This document shows, one piece after another, positions 50,340-59,366 of a DNA stretch of 64,000 nt (the first letter of the stretch is position 1; the number at the start of each line of letters is the position of its first letter). The stretch lies in the IMG/VR virus record IMGVR_UViG_3300031088_000758; one strand, 5' to 3'. The stretch is from a virus (lineage: Duplodnaviria; Caudoviricetes). The notes below the pieces were generated by a model. That model worked only from the letters and a program-made list of their open reading frames with translations. It was not told the DNA's origin and searched no databases. Position numbers and translations under genes: made by a program.

Positions 50340-50369
50340 TTGACATTTCACCTTATCCTTTGATAAAAT
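50340..50369 (+). promoter_or_regulatory. Sigma70/SigA-type promoter of the intergenic endonuclease
   Basis: TTGACA-N18-TAAAAT with TG extension. Confidence 0.55.
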
Positions 50370-50402
50370 GTATCTAAGCGTAATTGAAAAGGATTTGTAA
50401 TA

Positions 50403-51929
50403 ATGATTAGAATATATGCCCGTAATACTGAAGTTAAACGAATAGAAAACAATGAAGCACAAGAATTTGTTGAAACGCATCATTCACAAGGCGCTGCCAA
50501 AGGTAGTTTTAAAAAAGAATCATTAGGTTTATTTTCTTCTCATGAGTTAGTGGGAGTTGCTCAATTTTGCTCACCCCGAACTTCTGGTAAAAAATTAGAA
50601 TATACTACTGAACTATTAAGATTATGTTTTAAAAATGATGTACAGGTTATAGGTGGGGCTAGTAAACTTATTAAGTATTATATTGAAAAATATAATCCTG
50701 CGGATCTTTTCACGTATCAAGATACAACAGGAGACAATAGTGATGTGTATGAAAAATCAGGGATGAAGTTTGTTAAGCAATATAAAGATAAAAAATATCT
50801 CGTAGCTCCGGGGAAGACTTTTGCTACTGCTGATAGGAAAAGTAGAGAGATCCTTACATTCTCTTATGCTGTGAATATGGGGCCAGATAATATTCTTAAG
50901 ACAAAATTAGGTGAACAATTTTATAACAACGGAAGCCGAAAAAGCAATATAGATTTATTTTTGGAATTAGGGTGGAATATTGAAACCACCACGGGAGATA
51001 AAGTGTATGAATGGGTTAATCCAAATTTAAGTTTTTATACTTATAAAATAACCTCTACTGACTCAAAGAAATATTATTATGGCATGTCAAGTGTCAAAAA
51101 ACCTTTTAGAGATATCGCTATTAAAGATTGTTTAAATGATGGGTATTACGGCAGCGGTGGAAATACGTTGAAAAATAATAAATTTAAAAATTGGAAGAAG
51201 AAATATAAAAATACGCTAAAAAAAGAAATTATTCAAATTTTTGAAAGAAAGAGTCAAGCTTATGAACATGAGAAAAAAATAATTGGCGATTTATGGAAGA
51301 CAGATCCATTATGTTTAAATAGTTCTGCAGGTGGAGTTTATACTGGTTTTGGAAAGGGTTGGCGCGAAAATGTGTCTTTGAAAGAGTGTTCTATTCATGG
51401 TATGACTAAGCATCGTGGTAATGCTTGTTATAAGTGTTTTATGAACGAGCTAGTGTCTGTGAAAGTGTGCGAGATCCATGGTGAAACTAAATTTCAAGGT
51501 GAATCGTGTAGTAAATGCGCTGTGAGTAAAACTTTTGTTCAAAAAGAGTGTGAGATTCATGGTTTAACGACTTTTTCAGGAAATTATTGTAGAAAGTGTA
51601 GTGTTGCTAAAACTGTGGTTATGAAAGAGTGTAGTATTCATGGCATGACTAAACATCAAGGTAATGTGTGTAATTCTTGTAATGCTTTAAGTAGCATTTC
51701 TATTAAAACTTGTGAGGTTCATGGGGAGACTAAATTTGTGGGTGATAAATGTAGAAAGTGCATTTCTGCGAAGAACAATGCTTTGAAAGAGTGTGCTGTA
51801 CATGGTTTAGTTAATTATAGAGGTAATTCTTGCATGAAGTGTAGTGCTCAGAAGAGAAAGCATGTCAGGGGTCTACATGATGATAGCCCGGATCATCTGT
51901 GTTATATTTGTTTAGAAGGTAATACATGA
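50403..51929 (+). CDS. Free-standing homing-type endonuclease: Hef/GNAT-like domain, Seg-like GIY-YIG, six CxxHG-CxxC fingers
   Basis: IYARNTEVK...GGASKL; FYTYKIT...YYYGMS...YYGSG...AYEHE...LCLN; six 27-aa repeats. Confidence 0.75.
   Translation: MIRIYARNTEVKRIENNEAQEFVETHHSQGAAKGSFKKESLGLFSSHELVGVAQFCSPRTSGKKLEYTTELLRLCFKNDVQVIGGASKLIKYYIEKYNPADLFTYQDTTGDNSDVYEKSGMKFVKQYKDKKYLVAPGKTFATADRKSREILTFSYAVNMGPDNILKTKLGEQFYNNGSRKSNIDLFLELGWNIETTTGDKVYEWVNPNLSFYTYKITSTDSKKYYYGMSSVKKPFRDIAIKDCLNDGYYGSGGNTLKNNKFKNWKKKYKNTLKKEIIQIFERKSQAYEHEKKIIGDLWKTDPLCLNSSAGGVYTGFGKGWRENVSLKECSIHGMTKHRGNACYKCFMNELVSVKVCEIHGETKFQGESCSKCAVSKTFVQKECEIHGLTTFSGNYCRKCSVAKTVVMKECSIHGMTKHQGNVCNSCNALSSISIKTCEVHGETKFVGDKCRKCISAKNNALKECAVHGLVNYRGNSCMKCSAQKRKHVRGLHDDSPDHLCYICLEGNT
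51375..51860 (+). repeat. Six tandem 81-bp (27-aa) zinc-finger repeats
   Basis: K.C..HG.T...G..C..C pattern six times; units 1/4, 2/5 and 3/6 pair up. Confidence 0.9.
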
Positions 51930-52023
51930 TGTTTTTAATCTTTATATAAAAGGTTTTTTAATGTCTTTGTTGTTAAAATGATATAGATAAAGTAATTTTG
52001 TGAAGTATAAGGAAAGGTAAGAG

Positions 52024-54477
52024 ATGGCTAAACGAGTTAAAATTGATGAAGAAGACTTGAAGGATAAGAAGCTAAAGTTTGAGAAGGTTGCTGATAACCT
52101 TGAGGAAATACCTGTTGATAGGTTTTTGAAAGATAATTTCTTGCCCTATGCTTGGTCGGTTTCATTGGATAGGGCTTTGGTAGACGTAACTGGTTTGAAG
52201 CCGGTTCAGAGGCGTATTTTGTATACTATGTATGGTATGGGGCTTTCACCTAATTCTGGTCGTTCTAAGGTTGCTACTCTTGCGGGTCGTGTTTTGGCTT
52301 ATCATCCGCATGGTGATGCTTCTGTGTCAGATGCGTTGAAGAATATTGCACGTCCTCACGTTTTCCGTGTCCCTTTGATTGATGGTAAGGGTGATTTTGG
52401 ATCTCCAGGAACCCCAGGAGCTGCTGCACGTTATATTGAAGCACGTTTGAATAAAGCTGCTTGGTTGAATGTGGAAGATATTGCTGAACATGCTACAAGA
52501 ATGGTTCCTAACTATGATGACACTAGTGTTGAGCCTGTAAAGATTCCTGTAAAATGGCCTGTTTCTATTGTTAATGGTGGTTCAGGATTAGCAGTTGGTT
52601 ATGCGGCTAATATGCCTTCCCATAATCCTACTGAGATTATGAAAGCATGTAAGGCATTATTGAAAAATCCAGATATGACTCATGATCAGTTGGCTAAGAT
52701 CGTTCTTGGTCCAGATTTTAATATGGGTGGAACGATTACATCTAACGATGGTATTAAGCAGTATTTGAAGACTGGCACTGGTTCTTTTAAAGTTCGTGGT
52801 AATTATGAGGTTACTCCTGGTGCTAGAAGTACTTTCCGTATTGAATTCTATGAGCTTCCTTATGGTACATATCCTGAAAAGATTATTGAAGAAATACAGA
52901 AGAACACTGAAAAAGGTAAGTTTACTGAGATTGCTAGCTTCAAAGATCTTTCTGATTTGAAGCACCCTATTCGTGTAATTATTGATACTAAGCCTAGTGC
53001 TAATCATAAAAAAGTTCTTCAAGATTTATTTAAGTTTACTAGCTTAGAGTCAAACTTCTCAGCTAACATGACAACAATTGTTGATAATCGTCCTACTCAG
53101 TCTTCAATGTTAGACTTGTTGGCTGATTTCATTAATTTCCGTAAAGAATGTGTTGCTAATAAGACAAACTATATTCTTCCTCGTCGTGAGAATCGTTTAC
53201 ATTTAGTTAATGGTATGTTGAAGACTCTCATTGACATTGATAAAGCAATTTCTATTATTCGAGGTTCTGCTGATACAGAAGTAGCTAATGAAAAACTTCA
53301 AAAGGCATTCAAGCTTGATAAAGAACAGGCTGAATATGTACTGTCTCTTCAGTTGAGAAGATTAACTAAAATGGATAGTTTAGCTTTGGAGCAAGAGAAA
53401 TCAGATTTAGAAGACGAAATCAAATATTTGAATAGTTTGTTAAATGATGAAGATGTTCTAAACAATTATTTGATGAACGAGTTTGACAATACTTTAAAGG
53501 TTATTGGTGATGAGCGTAAGACAGAGATCAATGGTATGTCTGCTGATGAGTTTGCAGCTCAAGAAAAAGCTGTGGCTCAAGAATTGAAAAACGCTGATAA
53601 AGATCTTCCATGCTATATTACACGTTTTAATAATGGAAAGATTATGAAGACTATGGAGCCTTTCTCATATCCTGAAAACACTAAGAAATTCTCTGATGGT
53701 TTAGTTGTTGAGCAGATTAAAATGCGAACCCAGGAATCATTAGTATTAGTGGACAACTTTGGAACAGGGTATAAAGTTCCGGTTTCCTATTTCATTGAGA
53801 ATAAAGCAACTGATGCTAAGTCTGCTGGTTTGACATTACCTAAGAGTGCTTCAATTGTTGGTGTTGCTAAATATGAATCTATGAAATCTGATGTTGGTTT
53901 GGCACTTGGTACTAAGATGGGTGCTGTGAAAATCGCTAAAACAGACTTCCCCAAGAATGATCAGTTCCCTGTGATTAATCTTGATGAAGGTGATGAAATT
54001 ATTGGTTCACGTTGGTTAGGTCGTGCCTTGACTAATTCTTACTTTGTATTTGTTTCCAAAGCTGGACAGGTCCTCATTTTTGAGGCTAAGAGTATTAGGG
54101 AAACTGGTTCTAAAGCTGGTGGTGTTAAGGGAATGAAACTTAAAAATGATAAAGATGAGGTTATTCATTTTGGATGGCTTGCTTCTGTTAAAGATCCTGA
54201 GTGTGTGCTTTTGACTTATTCTGGGCACACTATTAAGCGCACTTCTATTCTTGACATTCCAACTAAGGGTAAAGCAGGTATGGGTGTGGCAACACAGTTG
54301 TTCAAGAAAGGTGAGGATAGTCTTATCACCGCTTATGCTGGCTATGATGCTTCTGTAGCAGCTACAGCTAAGACTAATCAAGTTGTTTCTTTGCCTCCTA
54401 TTATCAAAAGATCAGCACGTGGTGTAGACTTTGGTATTGACGTAGCATTTGGGTCATCTCACGTTTCTCCAATGTGA
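52024..54477 (+). CDS. gyrA: Type IIA topoisomerase subunit A (GyrA/ParC)
   Basis: GLKPVQRRILY, YHPHGDASV, catalytic AAARYIEARL, PSHN, GPDF; beta-pinwheel CTD with no clear QxRGGKG box. Confidence 0.92.
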   Translation: MAKRVKIDEEDLKDKKLKFEKVADNLEEIPVDRFLKDNFLPYAWSVSLDRALVDVTGLKPVQRRILYTMYGMGLSPNSGRSKVATLAGRVLAYHPHGDASVSDALKNIARPHVFRVPLIDGKGDFGSPGTPGAAARYIEARLNKAAWLNVEDIAEHATRMVPNYDDTSVEPVKIPVKWPVSIVNGGSGLAVGYAANMPSHNPTEIMKACKALLKNPDMTHDQLAKIVLGPDFNMGGTITSNDGIKQYLKTGTGSFKVRGNYEVTPGARSTFRIEFYELPYGTYPEKIIEEIQKNTEKGKFTEIASFKDLSDLKHPIRVIIDTKPSANHKKVLQDLFKFTSLESNFSANMTTIVDNRPTQSSMLDLLADFINFRKECVANKTNYILPRRENRLHLVNGMLKTLIDIDKAISIIRGSADTEVANEKLQKAFKLDKEQAEYVLSLQLRRLTKMDSLALEQEKSDLEDEIKYLNSLLNDEDVLNNYLMNEFDNTLKVIGDERKTEINGMSADEFAAQEKAVAQELKNADKDLPCYITRFNNGKIMKTMEPFSYPENTKKFSDGLVVEQIKMRTQESLVLVDNFGTGYKVPVSYFIENKATDAKSAGLTLPKSASIVGVAKYESMKSDVGLALGTKMGAVKIAKTDFPKNDQFPVINLDEGDEIIGSRWLGRALTNSYFVFVSKAGQVLIFEAKSIRETGSKAGGVKGMKLKNDKDEVIHFGWLASVKDPECVLLTYSGHTIKRTSILDIPTKGKAGMGVATQLFKKGEDSLITAYAGYDASVAATAKTNQVVSLPPIIKRSARGVDFGIDVAFGSSHVSPM

Positions 54478-54504
54478 TCAGCAAAATTATTGTCTGAACA
54501 ATAA

Positions 54505-54561
54505 AATAGGGGAATATTTCAAACATTGTATTTTTGTGAATGTTTGAAATATTCCCCTATT
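54505..54561. terminator. Perfect inverted repeat, 23-bp arms
   Basis: aataggggaatatttcaaacatt / aatgtttgaaatattcccctatt. Confidence 0.65.
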
Positions 54562-54660
54562 AGCTTTAAATGTAAAATACTATAATTCTGTAAAGTTGTA
54601 CAGGTTGATATTTTTATAGAATATTTAAGAAATATATTTCAGAAAGAAATAGGTGTTTAG

Positions 54661-55545
54661 ATGCATTATTGTGCCACTGAGAGACTTTTAAAAGATAAAG
54701 AAAAAAACAAAGATCGCGCCTTTATGGGATACACTCACGCTTTAAGTGGTGTTGCTGTCAGTCTTGCTTTAATAGCGTTTTTCCCTGGTTTTCTTTCTGA
54801 AATACTTTTAACTTCAAGCGCTTGGGTTTTTGTTCAATTTGTCATAGCAACTACTGGTGCTGCTATGCTTCCTGACCTTGATAATAGTGCTAGCCGTGCA
54901 AAAAGCGATCTTGGTCCTTTTGGGATTATTTTGTCAAGCGTGTTTAGAACAACCTCAGTGATTGCTCAGACAACTATAAGAACTAAACGTGATAGTGATG
55001 AGCCAAACCCTCACCGTGGTCTGTGGCATACTATTCCAGCTGCTTTGTTTTTAGGGTTTTTAGTCTATCTTGGAACTCAAATTGGTGGTGAGATTAATAT
55101 CCCGTTTCTTGGTGTTCAAAGTTGGGGTGTGCTTTTTGCTTTGTTAATTACTTTTGTTCTAACACACTTGACTTTATCTACTTTAGCCAAAGAATTTATG
55201 GATAAAGTTAAAAAATCTAATATAACTGGTGAGTTTGTAGCAATTGCTGTTTCTTTGTCTATTAGTCTATTGCTTTTTGCTATGTTGCCTAAAGATATTG
55301 ATTTTTGGTGGTTAGGGATTTCAGTTGCTTTTGGAATGATTGTTCATTTGTTAGGTGACCTAAATACAACCTCGGGTGTGCCTCTGCTCATGCCAATTTC
55401 AGCTTTTACTCACGGAAAAGTTTGGTGGACATTCCGATTAACAAAAATGAAGGCAGGTGGGTCAGCGGAGAAAATGTTGGTCTTACCTCTTTTGACTGTG
55501 ATTATTATAGTTTCTTTTGTAAAAATAACTATAGGTCTATTCTGA
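54661..55545 (+). CDS. Membrane-bound metal-dependent hydrolase (YdjM-like)
   Basis: MGYTHALSG, LPDLD, HRGLWHT, HLLGD; multiple TMs. Confidence 0.85.
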   Translation: MHYCATERLLKDKEKNKDRAFMGYTHALSGVAVSLALIAFFPGFLSEILLTSSAWVFVQFVIATTGAAMLPDLDNSASRAKSDLGPFGIILSSVFRTTSVIAQTTIRTKRDSDEPNPHRGLWHTIPAALFLGFLVYLGTQIGGEINIPFLGVQSWGVLFALLITFVLTHLTLSTLAKEFMDKVKKSNITGEFVAIAVSLSISLLLFAMLPKDIDFWWLGISVAFGMIVHLLGDLNTTSGVPLLMPISAFTHGKVWWTFRLTKMKAGGSAEKMLVLPLLTVIIIVSFVKITIGLF

Positions 55546-55560
55546 TTAGAGTGTACATTA

Positions 55561-56967
55561 ATGAGAAAAGAAAACTATCCGGGAGTTGAGTTTTTAGAAG
55601 AATTTTGGAATAAACAGAAAAACGGTATTTCTCTTATTGATGCCAAAATTGAAAATAAGTACAAATATTGGTGGTTTTGTCAAGATTTTGATCATTCTTT
55701 TAAAAAAGACATTCGTTTAATGCAGAAAGATCAAAAATGTCAAATTTGTAATGGAAAACAGCTATTGTCAGGTTTTAATGACTTCGAAACACTTAATAAA
55801 AAATATTTATATGAGTGGGACTATGAAAAAAACGCTGTTGGCCCCAGTGAAACTTATTATAGAACGACTAAGTCAATATTTTGGAAATGTACTTTAAAGC
55901 ATTCTTATATGGCTACCGCTTTTGACAAGATGAGAAATCGTGGGGGCTGTCCATATTGCAAAAATATGCGTGTGTTAAAAGGTTTTAATGATTTAGCTTC
56001 AAGGAATCCCGAATTATTAGTTGAATGGAATTATCAGTTAAACGAAAAATTGCCTGAGGAAATCACTTTCTGTAGCGGCGTTAAAGTCCATTGGATATGC
56101 CGAAAAGACAATAGACATAAGTGGGAAGAATCTCCGTTTTTTAGAACTAATAAAGATCGAAACTGGGGCTGTCCCTATTGTGCTGGAAAACGTGTTCTAG
56201 CTGGTGTTAATGATTTATCAACAACCCACCCTCATTGGTTAGATGAATGGGATTTTCAAAAGAACAGTAAGATTGGTTTGAAGCCTACTGAATATACGTA
56301 TGGAAGCTCAAAGGAAGCATATTGGTTATGCAAAGATTATGGACATTCTTGGAAAGTAGAAATTCAAGCACGAGTGAAATATGGTTGTCCTGTGTGTGCT
56401 AATCTTAAAGTTTTGCCAGGGTATAATGATTTTGCCTCACAGGCTCCAGTGTATCTTTTAGAAGAATGGAATTATAATAAAAATGATGTTAAACCCCATG
56501 AAATTTGTTTTAAGACAGACAGATCAGTATGGTGGATCTGCTCGAAAGGTCATTCTTATAGCATGTCTGTTTATAGTAGATCTGTAATGAATTATGGTTG
56601 TCGAAAATGTTCAAATAATGGTGTTTCTAAGATGGAGAAAAGTTTATTGAATTTTATCCAAACATTGTTGCCAATTCACAGCATTGAAGAGAATACAAGA
56701 AATGTTATTAAGCCCTATGAATTAGATATTTATATTCCTGATTTGAATCTTGCTTTTGAATTTAATGGCACTTATTGGCACAGTGATTCTATAATTTTCG
56801 CTCGTACTGGTATGTCAGCTGCTGAGTTCCATCGCATGAAAACAGACATGTGCGCAAAACTTGGCATTAAGTTGATACATATTTCTGAAAAACAGTGGAC
56901 TGAAAATAATAGCCAAGTTTTGCAGATGATTCAATTGGAAACAAAAAATTTATCCACATTGAGATGA
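55561..56967 (+). CDS. Zinc-ribbon-repeat protein with Vsr-type endonuclease domain
   Basis: Five W.C...H...CxxC repeats; ELDIYIP..AFEFNGTYWH...HISEKQW. Confidence 0.8.
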   Translation: MRKENYPGVEFLEEFWNKQKNGISLIDAKIENKYKYWWFCQDFDHSFKKDIRLMQKDQKCQICNGKQLLSGFNDFETLNKKYLYEWDYEKNAVGPSETYYRTTKSIFWKCTLKHSYMATAFDKMRNRGGCPYCKNMRVLKGFNDLASRNPELLVEWNYQLNEKLPEEITFCSGVKVHWICRKDNRHKWEESPFFRTNKDRNWGCPYCAGKRVLAGVNDLSTTHPHWLDEWDFQKNSKIGLKPTEYTYGSSKEAYWLCKDYGHSWKVEIQARVKYGCPVCANLKVLPGYNDFASQAPVYLLEEWNYNKNDVKPHEICFKTDRSVWWICSKGHSYSMSVYSRSVMNYGCRKCSNNGVSKMEKSLLNFIQTLLPIHSIEENTRNVIKPYELDIYIPDLNLAFEFNGTYWHSDSIIFARTGMSAAEFHRMKTDMCAKLGIKLIHISEKQWTENNSQVLQMIQLETKNLSTLR

Positions 56968-57062
56968 TTCATTCTGAAAATTTGTGTAAGAGTGCGTTTA
57001 ATCCTTGTTTTTGTTCATTTTTTATTCGGTCCACGGTAGTTTTAAGCATGATGAGAAAATAT

Positions 57063-57091
57063 TTGACTTTATTTGTGATGTATGTTATTCT
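57063..57091 (+). promoter_or_regulatory. Sigma70/SigA-type promoter
   Basis: TTGACT-N17-TATTCT with TG extension. Confidence 0.5.
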
Positions 57092-57174
57092 TTTTCAGGA
57101 ATTCAGTGGAAACAGTAAGCGTTGTAGAATATGTTAGAAAAGCTTACAGTTAATTACAACAATAGGAGTGTTAA

Positions 57175-57432
57175 ATGAGTAATTCTGTGGATGTTCGCCA
57201 GGTTAGTATGGTTGAAAGAGATGGATATGTGATCCCGCGAGGTTCTAGGGCTTCTACTCGTAAGTTGCTTGCGGTTGATCGTTGTGATTCAAAGCAGTGT
57301 AATGCTGCAGCTCGTGTTAGGGCTGTAAAGAATAGCAGTGAATTGCTTTTCTGTGGGCATCATGCTAGGCGAAATGTGAATTCTCTTGTTGATTCAGGGT
57401 GGCTTATTGATGATCAAAGTGTTGATGCGTGA
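57175..57432 (+). CDS. Small Cys/His protein, actinobacterial DUF7455-like
   Basis: DRCD...CNAAARVRA...ELLFCGHH; AGGAG RBS. Confidence 0.7.
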   Translation: MSNSVDVRQVSMVERDGYVIPRGSRASTRKLLAVDRCDSKQCNAAARVRAVKNSSELLFCGHHARRNVNSLVDSGWLIDDQSVDA

Positions 57433-57446
57433 TATTTTTTAAATCC

Positions 57447-57488
57447 AGAAAAGTAGCGAGAGGCAATTTCACTTCTCGCTACTTTTCT
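57447..57488. terminator. Perfect inverted repeat, 15-bp arms
   Basis: agaaaagtagcgaga / tctcgctacttttct. Confidence 0.6.
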
Positions 57489-57532
57489 TTATAGATAGTA
57501 CAAGTAAGAAATCTTATTATTAGGTGGTCAAA

Positions 57533-59014
57533 ATGGCAAAATACCATATCAGCGACAAAACTGGCAAACCAGAGATATGTAGTGCGAAAGTTCGTGGATG
57601 TTTGTATGGTTTATCAGAAGAAAATCATTTTAAAAGTGTAGAAGAAGCACAATCCGCATATGAAGATAAAATGAAGTCTCAAACTTTTCAAAAAATATCT
57701 AAAAACGTTAATTTTAAAAAGAGCGATTTGGAGCCTGTTTTATCAAACTCTTTGGATTTAGATTTGTTGAACAGAATGATCAGTGATAGGTATATTCTTC
57801 GTAGTCTTCATTCTGATGATGATACTTTACAGATTTTGTGCTACGGTAGAACTACACAGTATGAAGCAAAGTGGAATGATGCTACTAAACTTGCGCGTGG
57901 TTTAATTGTCAGAACTAGTCGTGAAGATTTTGGGGATGCTGTTATTGTTCAGAGACCTTGGAAAAAGTTTTATACTCTTTCGCAAGTTGAGTCAGGCTGG
58001 GCATTAGGTGATGAAGAAGAAGGAGCTAGCTCAGCTGCTAGTAATGAGTTAGATTTGTTAGATTTTAGCGCTCCTGCAGAAGTTACTGATAAAGTTGACG
58101 GGTCCATGGGTGTGTTATATGTGGCACCTGATGGAAAACCAGCTCTTTCTACAAAAGGAAGTTTCCATTCTGAACAAGCTGAGTATTATACAAACTTATT
58201 GAGAAGAAATGATGATTTTTCTGAAGCTTCAGCGAAATTGTTGAATACTCATCCAGATACAACTTTTACGTTTGAATTGATAAGTGGTGGCGAGTATCAG
58301 ATAGTTCTTAATTATGAAAAAGATGATATATCTATGATTGGTGCTATCAAAAAGTCTAATGGTTTGTATTACTCTGTGTCTGACTACTCTGATATATGGA
58401 GTAAGGATAAAGGTTTGACATCAGCGGAATCAATGCCAGCTAAAAATCTTGAAGAGGCTTTTGCTTTGCCAGATAGGGAGAATCGTGAAGGTGTAGTTGT
58501 AAGGTTAATTAATGATGACCCTGAAAAGCAGATGCAGATTAAGATAAAGCAAGAAGACTATTTGAAGCTACATAAGACAAGAACAGCATTTTCTAAGAAG
58601 GACATGCGTGCTCTGATGCGTGAGACAAAAGCAACTTATGGAGATTTATTGAAAATTTCTGAAACGAAAGATATTTCTATTATTCCTGAAATTGCTGATG
58701 AAATTGCTGAAAATCCAAATGCTGGAGCGCAAGCAGAAATCTTCCGTCAGCGTAGAAAAGATACGTATGAGAATGTTCTTTTGAAGAGATCAGCTAAGGT
58801 TTCTGAATCTAGCAAATTTATTGAAGAATTATCTGATGAATGGTTCGAGAAAGATATTAAAGATGCTAAGCGTGATTTTGCGAAGTCTATTGCTAAGGAT
58901 AAATCTAAGGACAAGGCTCTTCTTTTCAAAATGTTTGAGGCTCGTTTCCATGGACAAAATATATCAGAAATGGATGCTAGTGATTTGATGAGGTCAGCTT
59001 CGCAAGAAATTTGA
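57533..59014 (+). CDS. T4 Rnl1-like RNA ligase with N-terminal HCCH module
   Basis: ARGLIV, RPWKKFY, motif I KVDGS, TFEL, EGVVV, KIKQEDYL; N-terminus KYHISDKTGKPEICSAKVRGC...HF; probable start ATG 57533. Confidence 0.85.
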   Translation: MAKYHISDKTGKPEICSAKVRGCLYGLSEENHFKSVEEAQSAYEDKMKSQTFQKISKNVNFKKSDLEPVLSNSLDLDLLNRMISDRYILRSLHSDDDTLQILCYGRTTQYEAKWNDATKLARGLIVRTSREDFGDAVIVQRPWKKFYTLSQVESGWALGDEEEGASSAASNELDLLDFSAPAEVTDKVDGSMGVLYVAPDGKPALSTKGSFHSEQAEYYTNLLRRNDDFSEASAKLLNTHPDTTFTFELISGGEYQIVLNYEKDDISMIGAIKKSNGLYYSVSDYSDIWSKDKGLTSAESMPAKNLEEAFALPDRENREGVVVRLINDDPEKQMQIKIKQEDYLKLHKTRTAFSKKDMRALMRETKATYGDLLKISETKDISIIPEIADEIAENPNAGAQAEIFRQRRKDTYENVLLKRSAKVSESSKFIEELSDEWFEKDIKDAKRDFAKSIAKDKSKDKALLFKMFEARFHGQNISEMDASDLMRSASQEI

Positions 59015-59366
59015 TTTCGATTTCATACGGCTAATTGATGTTTTGGAAATTGATATTCTTCAATGTAGACCGTTGGGGTTTAATGTTTTGTTATAATAAT
59101 TATTAAACAAATTTTAGCTAAGATTTGCTTTATCTTTTTTAGTATGGTATAGTGATGGTCTAAGTCATTAATTGTGATTTTATACTATCGAATTGCGTCT
59201 TAGAATAGTGATTTTTGTTTAGGTTTATTGTGTTTATGTATTTTGGGAGATTAAATGTTTAAAAATATGATATGTCGATTTTCTTATGAATCGTCAGCAA
59301 CGGAGATGTGTTAATTTATGTCAATGAGACTTCTTTGATAAAGAGTCTTTATAGTTAGGAAAATAT

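Noticed and set aside
56950-56958. DnaA box TTATCCACA
   Set aside because: Single copy inside a coding region; no cluster.
59255-59314. 19-aa small ORF with GGAGA RBS upstream of the HNH gene
   Set aside because: Too short, with no supporting motif; cannot be supported from sequence alone.
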